64,000 bases of DNA from Octopus sinensis (GCF_006345805.1 NC_042999.1:171244001-171308000), one strand, 5' to 3'. Positions 38,746 to 51,795 are shown, counted from the first letter of the stretch. Notes: generated from the sequence alone by a model not told the origin. Made by a program: numbers and translations.

Positions 38746-40358
38746 CATAATTGCTGTCATGTTAAGATGTCTTTTGTTGCTTTTGATATATAAGACAGTT
38801 TTGTTGATTCACTGTCTTGAAACAGATCAATTTACTCGTTCTTCCTGATTGAGGAGAAAGATTGGTTTTTGTTTCAGACATTTAGTTTTCGAGAACATCT
38901 AAATGATTACAATTGCAGCGTGGCTATGCGAGTACATCTCCTAAATGATTACGTCCAAAAGAAATGCTGGGTGATATGCCCCAAATTAAAAATTCGAATA
39001 TTTAAAAAGAAAAACATCATTTACTTTTGAATCGAAATAAGTGGAAAATATCTTTCTTCGTTACCAAAACAATCATAGGAATATATTAACATAATGAATT
39101 TTTTAAATGGATATGTTATTTGCTTTAATGTAGCATAGACGAACTTCACCGATTGAATGTGACCTGCATTTAGTAACATCTTAGAAGCTTTCGCCTTTAA
39201 TCAAATCTACTCACACAAATATTGAATGAGTGTGATTTCTCGCTAATAAGGCCAGCTATAAAAACGCTAAGCGCTATTAAGCATGGAAAATGCTGTATTT
39301 CCTGATCAACATATCAAGTAGCGAGAATAAGAAAATCTTTTCGACTATTGCAATCTTATTAAATCTTTCTTTGTGCCAAGGCAGTTACTGTTAATAGTAG
39401 CGTTTTCGCTGCGTAAAACTAAATTGTTATAATATAATGGAGCAAGCCGTACTGCCTTCGATATATCTTTCTCTGGTTTCAAGATGGAGCAATGAAACAG
39501 TATAGCTTCATGGCTAAACTCTTGCGGTAGGAATTCATCTTTTCGCAATAGCTGCATAAGTATTGTAATACATAAATTTGGTGTCCTCCATTTCTTCTAC
39601 ACTGGCTTGTAAAATCAGAATCGGAAAACACCAGGAAATATTTAATGATATTCTGAACGTACAGAGGATAGTAGATACAAGGGTAAATGAATGGTCAAAT
39701 TGTTTTCCCATATTTAGTTATAAAAGCCTTATTTCTGAGATCAAATCCCATAAGGGTGGTTATTGATTTTCATCATTCGAGGTCGATAAAACCGATTTAA
39801 TCGTCTGTGCCCTCAGTTAAACATTTGTTTTAGAAATCATTAATGTTCTTAGTATTGACTTTTAGTCTACTTACTGTTTTGATCTCTTACCGAAATTACC
39901 TTTTGCTATGATCGATCATGGCGTTGTTTTCGGATACAAACAAAAATGGCTGCTTCTATAGCAGGAGTGAATATATTTACATCTACATTTACATCTTTTT
40001 CACGTACTTACATGGTAACTACACTTACGAGAACACGCACACGAAAGCATATAATATATACTAGTGTATGTGTGGATGTCGATGTGTGCGTATATACGTA
40101 TATATATATATAGTCACTCACAAACACTCACTCATACACACATGTATGTATTTATGTATTTGTGTATTACACGTTTGCTTTCATCTTCCAACACCAAAGT
40201 GATATAAAGTTACAAATAACGTCAACGTAGTTTGCATTTTTATTTCGTATTCAGTAATTGTTACTCGCTACGAAGACGTGTGAAATAGCTTGCAAGCAAG
40301 CTTGACAACAAACGAAGCGATATTTTTCCATTGCATTGTGATACTGGTTAGTTCCTTT

Positions 40359-40394
<36 letters not shown>

Positions 40395-42286
40395 CTCTCT
40401 TTCCCAATCTCAAATACTTTTCCATACACTTTCTCCTTTTTCCAATTCACAAAATTAGCTGCTGTCATTTCTAACAGAATCTTGTCTACGTATATGTCAA
40501 ATGTAATGTTATATAACTTTTTGTAATTTGAAGACAAAGTCTACCTGTGCTTGTAACTAAGAAAAGAATGCATGTATTTTTAATTTCGTTCGGTATTGAA
40601 GACGAGATGCCGTACGATAATTTCAGCCAGCATTGCACGAAACAAAGAATACCTCAAGAAATAATCACTATTGTTCTGTAAAACTTTGCTTTTGATCTGC
40701 TGTAATATGCACTTTCTAACCATAGTTGAAATTCTAATTAAAATGTTATTGACCATTTCGTATGGTCAAAAACAAATTTTCAAAATTATTTCGTATATTT
40801 AAAAAAAGTTGACGTTATCCAGCACACACTAATAAAACCTTTTTGTTTTTAAAATTATTTTAGTGGCAGTATGTATTATTGATATTAGATGTTTTTCTTC
40901 GGAAAGTCATCCAGTGTCTCTGATGAGAGACATGTACTTCCTCAATCTTCCTCAAATCTTGCAAGATGGTGTTCGCGGGTTAAAAGTGCCAGTGCATGCT
41001 CAACCAGTTGATGACGGTGATTGTTGATATTACTATTAGTAGTATAATTACTACTTCATAATTTTATTTTATTAATATATTTATAAGATTACATAGTGCT
41101 TACAATTATTATTACATTTTCTAGTATGATGGAAGGAGGAAGGATCGGGCTCCGGTACGTGTATATGTGTGTATATTCAGGTACAGCCACGTTTCTATGG
41201 GATAGCTGTGGTCATAATAGCCTTCCTCTTTCCATCTCACCCCGCTCCTCTCGCAATCACACGCATTCGTTATCCTACGTAAACCCATGCTCTACATTCG
41301 TAAATGCACGTTTTACATTCTGCAGCAAGAATCAGATTGTATGTAACTAGAAAACCGGTGAACATAATGACATGAAATTTTCTGCATCTCGTATTTTTGC
41401 TGTTAATGCTGAGGACGTGAGTCGAATCTATTGCGTTGCGTAATTAAGCCAACCAGCTAACGTATGAACGGCCGTCGGCTTCTTTCAGATAATTTAAAGT
41501 ATAAACCACGGTTACATTTTCTGTATTCATTTGTTTGTATATGGTGGTTCGGAGTTTTGCGCACTAAAGTGGGAACCAGTAATATTTAGTGTGCTGTTAA
41601 TTAAAATACATAGGAACCAACGTTACATAAAATAGTGTGTTTTTTCTGACGAAGTGGATAATTTGTTCTAATCAAACAGTATGAAGTGCAGAACTTCTGT
41701 ATCAGCTTCCGCGTTAAATTATATAGAATGTTTATAATTTTTTATTATATCTTTGTTTAAAACATAAACTTAGGGATGGTATATGATGTATATGTGGATT
41801 ATATGATAGCATTTTGTGAAGATTTCATGAATTTTTTTACAATAAACGGATACTTTCCTTAATTTCCTTGCTTCTGTTATATTGACTATTTCTTCATTTT
41901 CCTAGTTTATTCCAAACTAAATTTGTGGTTGCAATTAATAATGCTGCTGAAAAAGTATGTTATCATATTCTGAAATTTGTGATATTGGTTACCAATGTTA
42001 AAAAAACATAAATGAAACGATATGTACATGTTTTCTGCAGCATTGCTTGGTTTTAATAATTAGGATGCATATTTTTAATAACACAGGAAATTAAAAACGA
42101 CACCAGACTCTTTATAATTTAAAATTTAGCTACTTAATTGTTACTAAATGAAGGATATGCTGCTAGTATTCAGTATGAAAAATATTTCTTCACACGTTTG
42201 CGTTGTTTATGGACATGAAAATGAAAATAAACAGTAGTGTATGCGTATAAAGTAGTACTTTATATACATATACACACACTCATAAA

Positions 42287-42329
<43 letters not shown>

Positions 42330-43869
42330 GTAAACACACATACTCATACACAACCTTATATATATAGTACTATTCTGCTATCTCTTCATCTTAGCTATGA
42401 GCTTTAAATTCTGCAATGCTTAGATATTTAATTATTCATAGCTTTCTCTTACAGTGCTCAAAGTTCGTCTCCTATTCATCGGATACTGAAAATGGTTGAA
42501 TTTTTATGCATGTTCATCATTTACACATTTTTCTTTGTTCATAGTTTTCTAATCCCACACGTTACAAAGCATAGCATGATGTTACATAGTATAGCAATCT
42601 ACGGTTGCTGAGTTAAAAAATGTCGCATGGGCAACTAAAAGGACCAACCAGAGAATATCAAGTTATCTGAGATCATCTACTGTCTGCAATCCCCATTGAA
42701 ACGAATTAAGATATAATTTCCAAACAGTGGCGAAATGCGACTGGCCAATAACTAGTTCACCTCAAATGCTTCAAAAGAGAGAAGCGACGCTGTTGCTTGC
42801 GAATTAGAATAAATCTTATCAGTTGACATTCGTATCTGATTTCAACCACGGTATATAAAATTCAAACAAAAATGCAGGTTGTATGAGGTGATGAAAGATA
42901 TACACAGCTCTTGAGAAGCATGTATGAAGTTCACTTGAACTATCTTTAATTTGGATGAATTGAAGTGAGATTACATGTCTAAAGGAAGTAGCTTGATACC
43001 GGTCGCAACTGAAATAAATCCAACCGTTCTAATTATAAAAAAAAGCCTTCTTGCCGTGTATACGGATTTGTCACCACAATGGCCTACGTGCGGAGGACGT
43101 TGTATTTTATAAAATTATAAAAATAACTTACACTAAATTCTTCCTCTTCCAAAATGTTTCTTTTAGTTTCATTAGGAACATCTAAATTTGAAAACAAACG
43201 TCATTATTTAAAGTTTCAAATATCAAATAGGTTGAGCATGCAGCACATCGTATTGGGATATTGTATCAATTTTAATCTCACTCAGTCCTGCTGCACTCTG
43301 CATGTTTCCTCAGACTATATCATATTTTCACTGCCATTATTCTGTTCCGATTGTACTACTTTGAATGGTGTTTATTTTTTAAAAGAAACTCCTTACAGAA
43401 ACACATTTGTTAATTGCTACATGGCTGATACAACGTAACGCAATTCTAATTACATCAATATCTGACACTTCGTAAACATCTTATTGCATAAGAAGTTTCT
43501 TTTGTAGCTATCCTCGTCGTGTATTTGGAGCATGAGTGTTCTTACATCAGCACAATGAGAATAAAGTATAACACCACAAAACGGTTACAAAAAGCAATAG
43601 AGTAGGTGGATAATTATGTATCTGTCAAGTACAAGAGGTGACGTATGAATGTCATATAATACACAATGAATTTAATTTCCATGGGTTTAAAACAAGTAAA
43701 CAATGATTTATATCGGCTCCGAATTATCTTTTAATTGCATGCAGTGTTTAGTTTTATTTTGCTCCTCTTAAAATATTTAGCAAAAGTAACGCATTAATAT
43801 TACGAATTTCAAGAAAATAAATAAGTATGTATGTTTGTATGTATGTATGTATGTATGTGCAGATTTGTA

Positions 43870-44882
43870 TGTTTTATATAAGTATTATCATGCACGTAGT
43901 TGCATATCTAGACATGCTCATATATATTTAAATGGTAAACTTCTGGAAAGTTTTATTAATTTTACTGTTCCAGTAATGGATTGAATCTGTAGTCATCGAA
44001 TTAGCTTTCTCCTTCCTGGTTTTGAAAAGCCTAGTTTCTCAAGATTGGTATTTAGGCAGTGTGTTACATATCCCAGGGCCACAATTATTACAGGTACAAA
44101 CCTGAACTTGTAATCTGGATAGAGTAACTGCAGATTTCTCAATAGTTCAGCATAGATGTTCTCTTTTCCCACTGATCTTCAGCTTAATGTTAACATCCGT
44201 CGGGCAGCTAATTTCCACAACTGTACACGGTTTCTCTTCTCTATCCGAAATCATTATATCAGGTCTGTTGTGCTTACATTTTATTGAGGTCTTCACTGGG
44301 ACATTCCACCAGTATTCCTTTTTATTATGAATGGCTATGGCTTCTACTGTATTGTGGGTTCTTATTTCTTTGCCCTCAGCATTATCTTTCTGACGATTTT
44401 ATTATAGAGTGTCCTCGCCGCAACGTCATGTCTCATCGCTAGACAATACCGTCATGACATTTTCGGACAATTGCTTGTGATGTCGGTGATATCTTCAGTG
44501 CGAACTCCACAAAGTTTGCATACGTTGCTCTATTTTACTGCTTTTCCTGCATCCTTATCCCTTTTGTGCATCAGGCACGTGGTTGATATTTCCTGTTCCT
44601 GGATTTCAAACGCATACCCTTCAAAGTGAGAGGTAGCAATCCGGCTATTGGTCCATATTAAACTGCTTTGATAATCGATGTTACTATCATCACGGAGCTT
44701 TCTACTAACATATCCATACATAGTCTGCTGCTCATATAGGCTCATCCTTTCATCTGATGATACGTCGTGTGACTTCTTTGAGCACGTATTCGAGGTAATC
44801 AGAAAAAGAGTGTTGTTCAAGGAGCTGCGTTCCGAGCCCGATGATGTTATAAGCCTCATGCCTGCAAAATTGGTCAAGGGGT
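43870..44882 (-). mobile_element. 3' fragment of an RLE-type (R4/Dong-like) LINE: zinc knuckle + restriction-like endonuclease, inside (CATA)n
   Basis: Minus strand: SHFEGYAFEIQEQEIST, CKLCGVRTEDITDITSNC (CCHC with H>D), MRHDVAA, HNRPDIMISD, VEISCPTD, FVPVIIVALG; (GTAT)n on both flanks. Confidence 0.88.
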
Positions 44883-47008
44883 GTAAGTATGTTTGTATGC
44901 ATGTATGTATGTATGTATGTATGTATGTATGTATGTATGTATGTATGTATGTATGTATGTATGTATGCATGCATGTGTTTATATGAAAATATAAATATAT
45001 CTGAACATACATGTATATGCGTTTATACGTATAAGCTTACATGTGCATAATACAAACACACACACACGCACACACACACTGATATGCACATGCATATACA
45101 TGAGTACACACACACACTTATGTATAAATACATACATATATTCAGACGCACGCCGCGAATATAGCACCATTGTTTCCGCATGTTGTGTCAAAAGCTTGTC
45201 GTAAATTTTCAGTAGTATATCTCTCTCAGTATGTAATTATTGACGCTGTTATCTGTAAAAAGCCAACGCACTATTTCTCTACATTCGATAATATAATCTT
45301 CTGATAAATGTTCACATGTGTTCCTCAGTTACTTCCACACGCAGTCCTAGAAACATATTGTCATTCATCACCTCAACCATTCGCCACCACAGACCAGCCC
45401 AACCACCTACAGCCCGCGAGAAGCTCATAGATCAAATATAAATATTAATATGTTTTACTATATCTGTTAGTGTGATAAATCTACTGCACTTTCCTATGGT
45501 TAGCTAAATCGTCAAAAATTGAATTTGTTAGAAACTTCATATTTTATACATAACATTTCACAAATATTCGGTTTCATTATTTATAGAAAAAGCGTCATGT
45601 ACAAGTTTTGAGCACTCAAATCGAAATGCACACACTGTCGCATCTCAAAGTTAAACCACCACCAGTTTTTTGCACGTATATGTATATACGTATATATTCG
45701 TTTATATAGGTATATATATTATTCACATACACACACACATATCTGTGCGTGCGAGCTTTTGCGTATTAAACAATAGTCAGAACGTTTGGAGGCATACATC
45801 ACACTCTTGTATACGCTTCGTAAACTCCTAGCTCTATTTCTGCATGTGCTCCGTACATATTACGTGCGGATATATATGTGTGTGTATATATATATGTGTG
45901 TGTATGTATATATATATATATATATATATAAAGAGAGAAAGAGGGAGAGAAAGAGAGAGATATGATCATGTATAGATATAAATTTATAAATATATTTACA
46001 TATTTCTATACCTAAAGTCATATACACCTGTGTATACACACATCTATATGTTTGCATTATCCACATATTTCTAACAGAATATTTTGCTGCGATATGCACC
46101 ACAAATCTTTCGTTTCACTTATAGTAGATGTTGGCTTATTTTCTCATTTTATTCTTTGCTCTTCCCTGAACCCATTTCGTTCGCATGCTGAAGCGGAAAA
46201 CCTGCTGGTTCTATACGAGCTCTCTGCCCTCTCAGTCTCCCTCTCTCATATCATAGAGCGCTCTTCATCGCAGAAGCAGAAAGTCATTTAGCTTTGCAGC
46301 AGTTAGAGACTGCATACATATCCGCATATCAGCGGAGAAGTTTGTTTCTTTATCCTTCGATTCAGTTAACCCAGAAGTTATGATTTATATGTTTATGGAC
46401 GCTAAGCATTCCAAGCTGTGTTTTATATAGTTCCATTTAAGCGCATTTTCTGCTGTTTTCATTGACTCACATAAAGTAATATAACTTGCCATTTTGTAAT
46501 TCATAATAATATTATCATTTGATATTTGCTCGCATTTATGTTCTTTTACAAATTTTTAAGGCGTTCCTCATATCAAGTAAAATCAAACCTATTTTTAGAG
46601 TTCTTAAATTTAGCGAAGTTGTTGCTTTCAGTGAAATGTGAACATAATATTTACAGAATTTTAGTTTGGTAACTATGGCATTAGGAAATTTCTATGGCAC
46701 AGCATATTGTTTTGCTTTTTTGGAAAGCTATATGAGAGTTAAAATGTAGTGGCACATACGTCTTAAAAGATTTTTCCAGTTTCTCCGAATCATTCTAAGG
46801 CATGGAATATTACGTGTGAATAAGGTTTTCTGAATGCTCAATGTGATATAGGCCTATGCTGATAATGTATTTGCAACATCCTTAGTGTTCCTATCCCCTG
46901 ACAGGCTCTACATATATGCGCACACACACAGAGACACGTACATATATATATATATACATAAGCATGTGTGCATGTGTGTGTTGTGTGTGTGTATACAAAC
47001 ACACACAC

Positions 47009-47048
<40 letters not shown>

Positions 47049-47572
47049 ACACACACGTATATAAGAGATGGAGTTGGAAATAGCATAGAAGTAAGTGTAA
47101 AGCATTTCAATTTAAGAAGGAATTTAATAAAAATGATTTTAAAATTATATAAAGAAAATATTACCGGTTTCGATGATGAGTCTCATCTTATCAAACATCA
47201 GTAAAAATTTATAAAACTTTTAAGTAAATGTAGTTTATCTTCTGTCTGTGTTCAAGAACATGTCTGGAGATTTTTTGCTGAAGTCCTCTTAAAGAAGTTA
47301 TTGTTATACTTTGGTATAGAGTTCAAAGTGACAGAGAGTAAGAGAAGGGTTGTCTATTGTCTAAAAGAAATATGTGTCCACCTTTGTGTGTGTGTGTGTG
47401 TCCTTTCAATATGTTTGGAATATAACAAGCTGTGTGTTGATAGGTGTGTATATTGTGATGAATGCCTTGTTGAAGAAAGAATTCGGAATTTTCTTTGGGT
47501 TAGATGTATTCTTTTGAGTGTCTCCACCTGTGTGTATGTGTGTTCGTGTGCGTGTGTTAGTGTGTGTGTGTA

Positions 47573-47579
<7 letters not shown>

Positions 47580-47617
<38 letters not shown>

Positions 47618-47860
47618 GACAGAGTGCGTGTATGTGTGATGTGTTTGTGCATGTGTGAGTGATTTTTCTTGCGATGTTTTCTTTTGTGTATGCGTGTGTG
47701 TATTAAGCGCTTGTGTGTGTTTGAGTGTATGTTTTTGTGATGTTTTCTTCTGTATGTGTGTGTGAATGTGTTTCCGTGTACGTGTGTGTGTTTGTGTGTG
47801 CTTTTATGTGATGTTTTCTTTTTTGTGTATATGTGTACGTTTGTAAGCGAGTGTATGTGT
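47580..47860. repeat. (GT)-rich complex repeat with recurring GATGTTTTCTT motif
   Basis: Motif seen three times embedded in GT-rich sequence. Confidence 0.7.
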
Positions 47861-48009
47861 GTAGTCATATAGATATTGGAGAAAAGATTTAGGAAATGAT
47901 GAGTAGTTTTCAAAACGGTAATATGTATCAAATTGTTTTTAAGTGTCTGTTCTTATTTATTGGTTGGAAGTGGTTGGGTCTACACTTGTTTTTCGGTGTA
48001 TTGTTCAAT

Positions 48010-48555
48010 AGGTCATTTTCTTCTAGGAGCATTATCAACTTCTTTCCATGACTTTACTGATATGAAAAGTCAGTGAGATTGGACTGTAGCTTTTGGCTTC
48101 GGCTCTGCTTCCGCCTTTGTGGATAGGGCATATAATGCCTTCTTACAGCTTTTTAGGGATCATACCACTTGCAAGGAAATTTTGGAAAAGTATCTGAAGA
48201 GATTTCGCTAAAGCATGGTTACATGACTTTAGAAAAATAGCTGGGAAGCCATCAGGGCCAGTGGCGGAGTTTGAGTTCATTTCATTTATGGCCGCTGTTA
48301 CATCTGTTTCCTCACTGTTGATGTAATCGATGGCTGGCGCCTTCTTTTTTAGAGCGGCAATTTCAAAGAATTCGGCCGGATTTTTTATCTGCGTTTGTCC
48401 AAGGGAGGAAAGTGAAGACACTTTTAAATTGTTCACTGAGTATTTCACTTATTCTTATTGGGTTCGCCATCATTGAGCCATTCCCTTGGCACAATGGTCA
48501 CATTTGATATTGTATTGTGGCTGTTTCTTTTGTGAATTCATAGAAAGATTTGGGA
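48010..48555 (-). mobile_element. Internal fragment of a CR1-clade LINE ORF2 (pre-RT region), more distant subfamily
   Basis: NPKSFYEF, DVTAAINEMNSNSATGPDGFPAIFLK, PISLTSHISKVMER align with NPKVFFSF, DVLAAIKEMKHNSAVGPDRFPACVLK, PISLTSHIIKVFER of the 19-21 kb ORF2. Confidence 0.82.
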
Positions 48556-48584
48556 TTTGATTTTATACTTCCCACCGCCTTTGT

Positions 48585-48666
<82 letters not shown>

Positions 48667-48724
48667 TGTGTGTTTGTGTGTGTGTGTGTGTGAGCGTGTG
48701 TGTGCGTGTGTGTGTGCGTGTCAG

Positions 48725-48915
48725 TGTTTGTCCACCCATCACATCACTTCAGATGTTGGTGGTTTATATCCCTGTAACTTGACAGTTTGGCAAAATATAC
48801 CGACAGAATAAGTACTAGGCTTCCAAAAAATATAAGTGCTGAGGTCGTTTTCTTCGATTAAAAAGCCAGCAAGGTCGCTGTCAAATGACTGTGATAAAAG
48901 TAAAAGAATAAAGAA
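48725..48915 (+). mobile_element. SINE family B 3' half, diverged
   Basis: GGCAAAA..TACCGA.AGAATAAGTACTAGGCTT...GAGGTCG...TCAAATGACTG...AAGTAAAAGAATAAAG. Confidence 0.72.
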
Positions 48916-49515
48916 ATTACGTACACGTATGCTTGTATAGTTATAATGTAGATATAAATATTCAGTAAAGATTTCCTATTTCGAAAATCGATCTGTAAGC
49001 CTTTTACATACTACGATTTTCTGACCTTCAAAAGAATTAACAAATCTACAAAGGTATAATAAACGTGGTTTACCAACATAGCAATACACACAGAATAATA
49101 TCGACATTGCATGCTCTCTTTCTTTTCTCTCCTAAATAAATATTTCTTAACTAATATTATTTTGACTCTGTGTAGCGTTTTATTATTTGTACGGATGTAT
49201 TTTTCAGAGCATATATGTACACAACGAATAGTAACAATTGCAAGTACAATTTATTCATTCAGAACAATATTAGCTTTGGAAGATTTGGTATTGAATGCAA
49301 TTCATCACCGCTTGTTCAAGTTTTCGCCGGTATATAATTGTAGATATGAATGCTAAAAGCTTAGGTGAAACTAAGCTATGTAACAGACAACTGGAAATTT
49401 GATATACGTCTGCATACAATACGTTATCTTCGGGCTAATAAATTTAGTCTGAAATTGCAAAATGTGCATACATACATACATATATACGTATATACATACA
49501 TACATATATACGTAT

Positions 49516-49584
<69 letters not shown>

Positions 49585-49663
49585 TATATATACTACTATA
49601 ACCACATTGTACGGAACGCGAGTAAATGCAACTCTCGAAGCGAGCCCCCTAAAAACAAACTCC

Positions 49664-49727
49664 GCTTGCATATCATATGATTTCGTAATTAGAGCACAAA
49701 ATGCACTTTTTACTCGTCAGTGCAAGC
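49664..49727 (-). ncRNA. Solo canonical type I hammerhead ribozyme
   Basis: Minus strand: GCUUGCA-CUGACGA-GUAA(21 nt)UUAC-GAAA-UCAUAUGA-UA/UGCAAGC; perfect 7-bp helix I, 4-bp helix II base, palindromic AUCAUAUGAU helix III, AUA cleavage triplet. Confidence 0.88.
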
Positions 49728-50257
49728 ATAGTCGAGACATATAAAAATTAAAAAAAGTAGCATACCAGACGAACACCACATGTATCCAGCATAGTACATA
49801 GAAATTGTTTGCATTTATATATCTATGTAAGAGGCGGCCGTTTCGAATTGCATTTCGGTACGCATTTCAGTACGCAGAGAAACAGTATATATCTTTTTTT
49901 AAATCAAACAGAAGCCAAATTCTTCTATTACTATGCACATAAGCATAGGGCCGCTGTCTCACCCGTTAGTCTACTGGTTGGTGATAGCTGCATTCTCCAA
50001 CTTAATTAATCACTTTTTTCTGTATTTAAGGTGGTAAATTAGCCAAATTCTGCTTAAATAAGTATAGTGTTATTTGTAAACTATAATAAAATAAGTTTTG
50101 ATATTCAAATTTTAATTTTAGCTGCAATATTTGGAGTTAAAAGTTTTTTTCATTCTTTACTTTACTAGAAGTAATAGCTTGTCCCATACTTTTACAGGTG
50201 GTGTTATTACTTTGGTCCAAACTTATTTAAGATATCTAAATTATATATAATTGCAGT

Positions 50258-50453
50258 GTGGAAGGTGTTTATAAGCCATTTAAGAAATACACAAAAAAAC
50301 GTTAGATTCACTTCAGCATTTAAATATTTAATTTTCCAAAATATTTTCGTCGCTTTGAGAACGCGACTTCTTCACTGACAAAATTTCGTGCTGCACTGAA
50401 GTAAATCTAACGGTTTTTGTGTGTTTCTTAAATGGCTTATAAACACCTTCCAC
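50258..50453. mobile_element. Small foldback element: ~58-bp inverted arms around an ~80-nt spacer containing a hammerhead-like fold
   Basis: GTGGAAGGTGTTTATAAGCCATTTAAGAAA.ACACAAAAA..CGTTAGATT.ACTTCAG (50258-50316) is the reverse complement of 50396-50453. Confidence 0.8.
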
Positions 50454-50542
50454 GCTTCAATTGTTTTCGGTGAAGCACACGATCTTAGAGAAGGTCACTT
50501 GCCATGCAAGTATATCACCGTCAGATTATATATATGTATATG

Positions 50543-50941
50543 TAGGAGTGGCTGTGTGGTAAGTAGTTTGCTAACCAGCCACATGCTTCCGGGTTCAGTC
50601 CCACTGCGTGGCATCTTGGGCAAGTGTCTTCTGCTATAGCCCCGGGCCGACCAATGCTTTGTGAGTGGATTTGGTGGACGGAAACAGAAAGAAGCCTGTC
50701 GTATATATGTATATATATATATATGAGTGTGTGTATGTGTTTGTCCCTCTAGTATTGCTTGACAACCAATGCTGGTGTGTTTACGTCCCCGTCACTTAGC
50801 GGTTCGGCAAAAGAAACCGATAGAATAATTACTGGACTTACAAAGAATAAGTCCTGGGGTCGATTTGCTCGACTAAAAGGCAGTGCTCCAGCATGACCGC
50901 AGTCAAATAACTGAAACAAGTAAAAGAGTAAGAATAAAAGA
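50543..50941 (+). mobile_element. SINE family B, full length
   Basis: Colinear with 29346-29738; inserted in a TA-rich context. Confidence 0.9.
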
Positions 50942-51006
<65 letters not shown>

Positions 51007-51068
51007 TATATATGTATCTATATATATATATTTATATATATATATATATATTAATATACATAAATATA

Positions 51069-51105
<37 letters not shown>

Positions 51106-51250
51106 TTTAAGTAATTGAGATTCAAGTGAATTCTAATGAATTCACATGAATATGGTCCTTAACTAGGATGCACCGGAAATCTATATGGTGTTAACCACAC
51201 GACAAGTGGGGTGATTACAAATAGGAAAAAAGCAACAAGAATAGATTAAA

Positions 51251-51342
51251 ATATCGGTACAACTGTTTCGTACGAGGACATCTTTAATAAGCTACAAAAA
51301 ATGCAGTAAATATAGATGGCTCGTACTCGTCAGCCGAAAAAA
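51251..51342 (-). ncRNA. Type I minimal hammerhead ribozyme (inverted arm)
   Basis: Minus strand: UCGG-CUGACGA-GUACGAG...CUCGUAC-GAAA-CAGUU-GUA/CCGA. Confidence 0.85.
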
Positions 51343-51620
51343 CGTCAGAGATTCCCAAACATCAAAAGGGGTAGATACAAATGAGGGTGTGAGTTTAACT
51401 GCATTGAAGAAAGTTCGTTCCTGGAGATCCGATGAAAGGTCTTGAACTTACAGAATATGTGCATGTCCATATATAGTTCATAGTGAATTGTTAATCAAGT
51501 TACGTGAAGAAATTTTGGATACAGTCGTGCGAAATTTCTGAGAATCCGAGTAAGAAGCAAAGTAACAAACTCACACCCTCATTTGTATCTACCCCTTTTG
51601 ATGTTTGGGAATCTCTGATG

Positions 51621-51714
51621 TTTTTTCGGCTGACGAGTACGAGCCATCTATATTTACTGCATTTTTTGTAGCTTATTAAAGATGTCCTCGTACGAAACAA
51701 TTGTACCGATATTT
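51621..51714 (+). ncRNA. Type I minimal hammerhead ribozyme (sense arm)
   Basis: CUGACGA at 51630-51636, perfect 7-bp helix II GUACGAG/CUCGUAC, GAAA at 51694-51697, palindrome ACAAUUGU, cleavage after A51705, helix I UCGG/CCGA. Confidence 0.88.
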
Positions 51715-51737
51715 TAATCCATTCTTGTTGCTTTTTT

Positions 51738-51744
<7 letters not shown>

Positions 51745-51779
<35 letters not shown>

Positions 51780-51795
51780 TATACATACATACATC

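Larger units (their letters stand above)
51104..51741 (+). mobile_element. ORF-less PLE insertion: extended inverted pLTR + 170-bp spacer + sense pLTR, between (TA)n tracts; sister family of the 21.9-27.1 kb PLE
   Basis: Arms 51222-51396 and 51567-51741 are reverse complements; 51118-51340 aligns colinearly with ~21872-22100 (GATTCAAGT..AATGAATT..GAATATGGT..GATGCACC..TGGGGTGATTA..AAGCAACAAGAAT). Confidence 0.88.

Noticed and set aside
39345-39557. 70-aa non-repetitive ORF on the minus strand as a possible host exon
   Set aside because: No recognisable domain or clear splice sites; the length is within chance expectation.
40914-40932. TGTCTC-TGATGA-GAGACA hairpin containing CTGATGA
   Set aside because: The core heptamer lies within a simple hairpin and the rest of the hammerhead is absent.
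47161-47207. Hammerhead-like motif on the minus strand (CUGAUG...GAAACCGGUA) with palindromic ACCGGU
   Set aside because: A9 is replaced by UUU and no helix I can be formed; at best a decayed PLE ribozyme, so not called.
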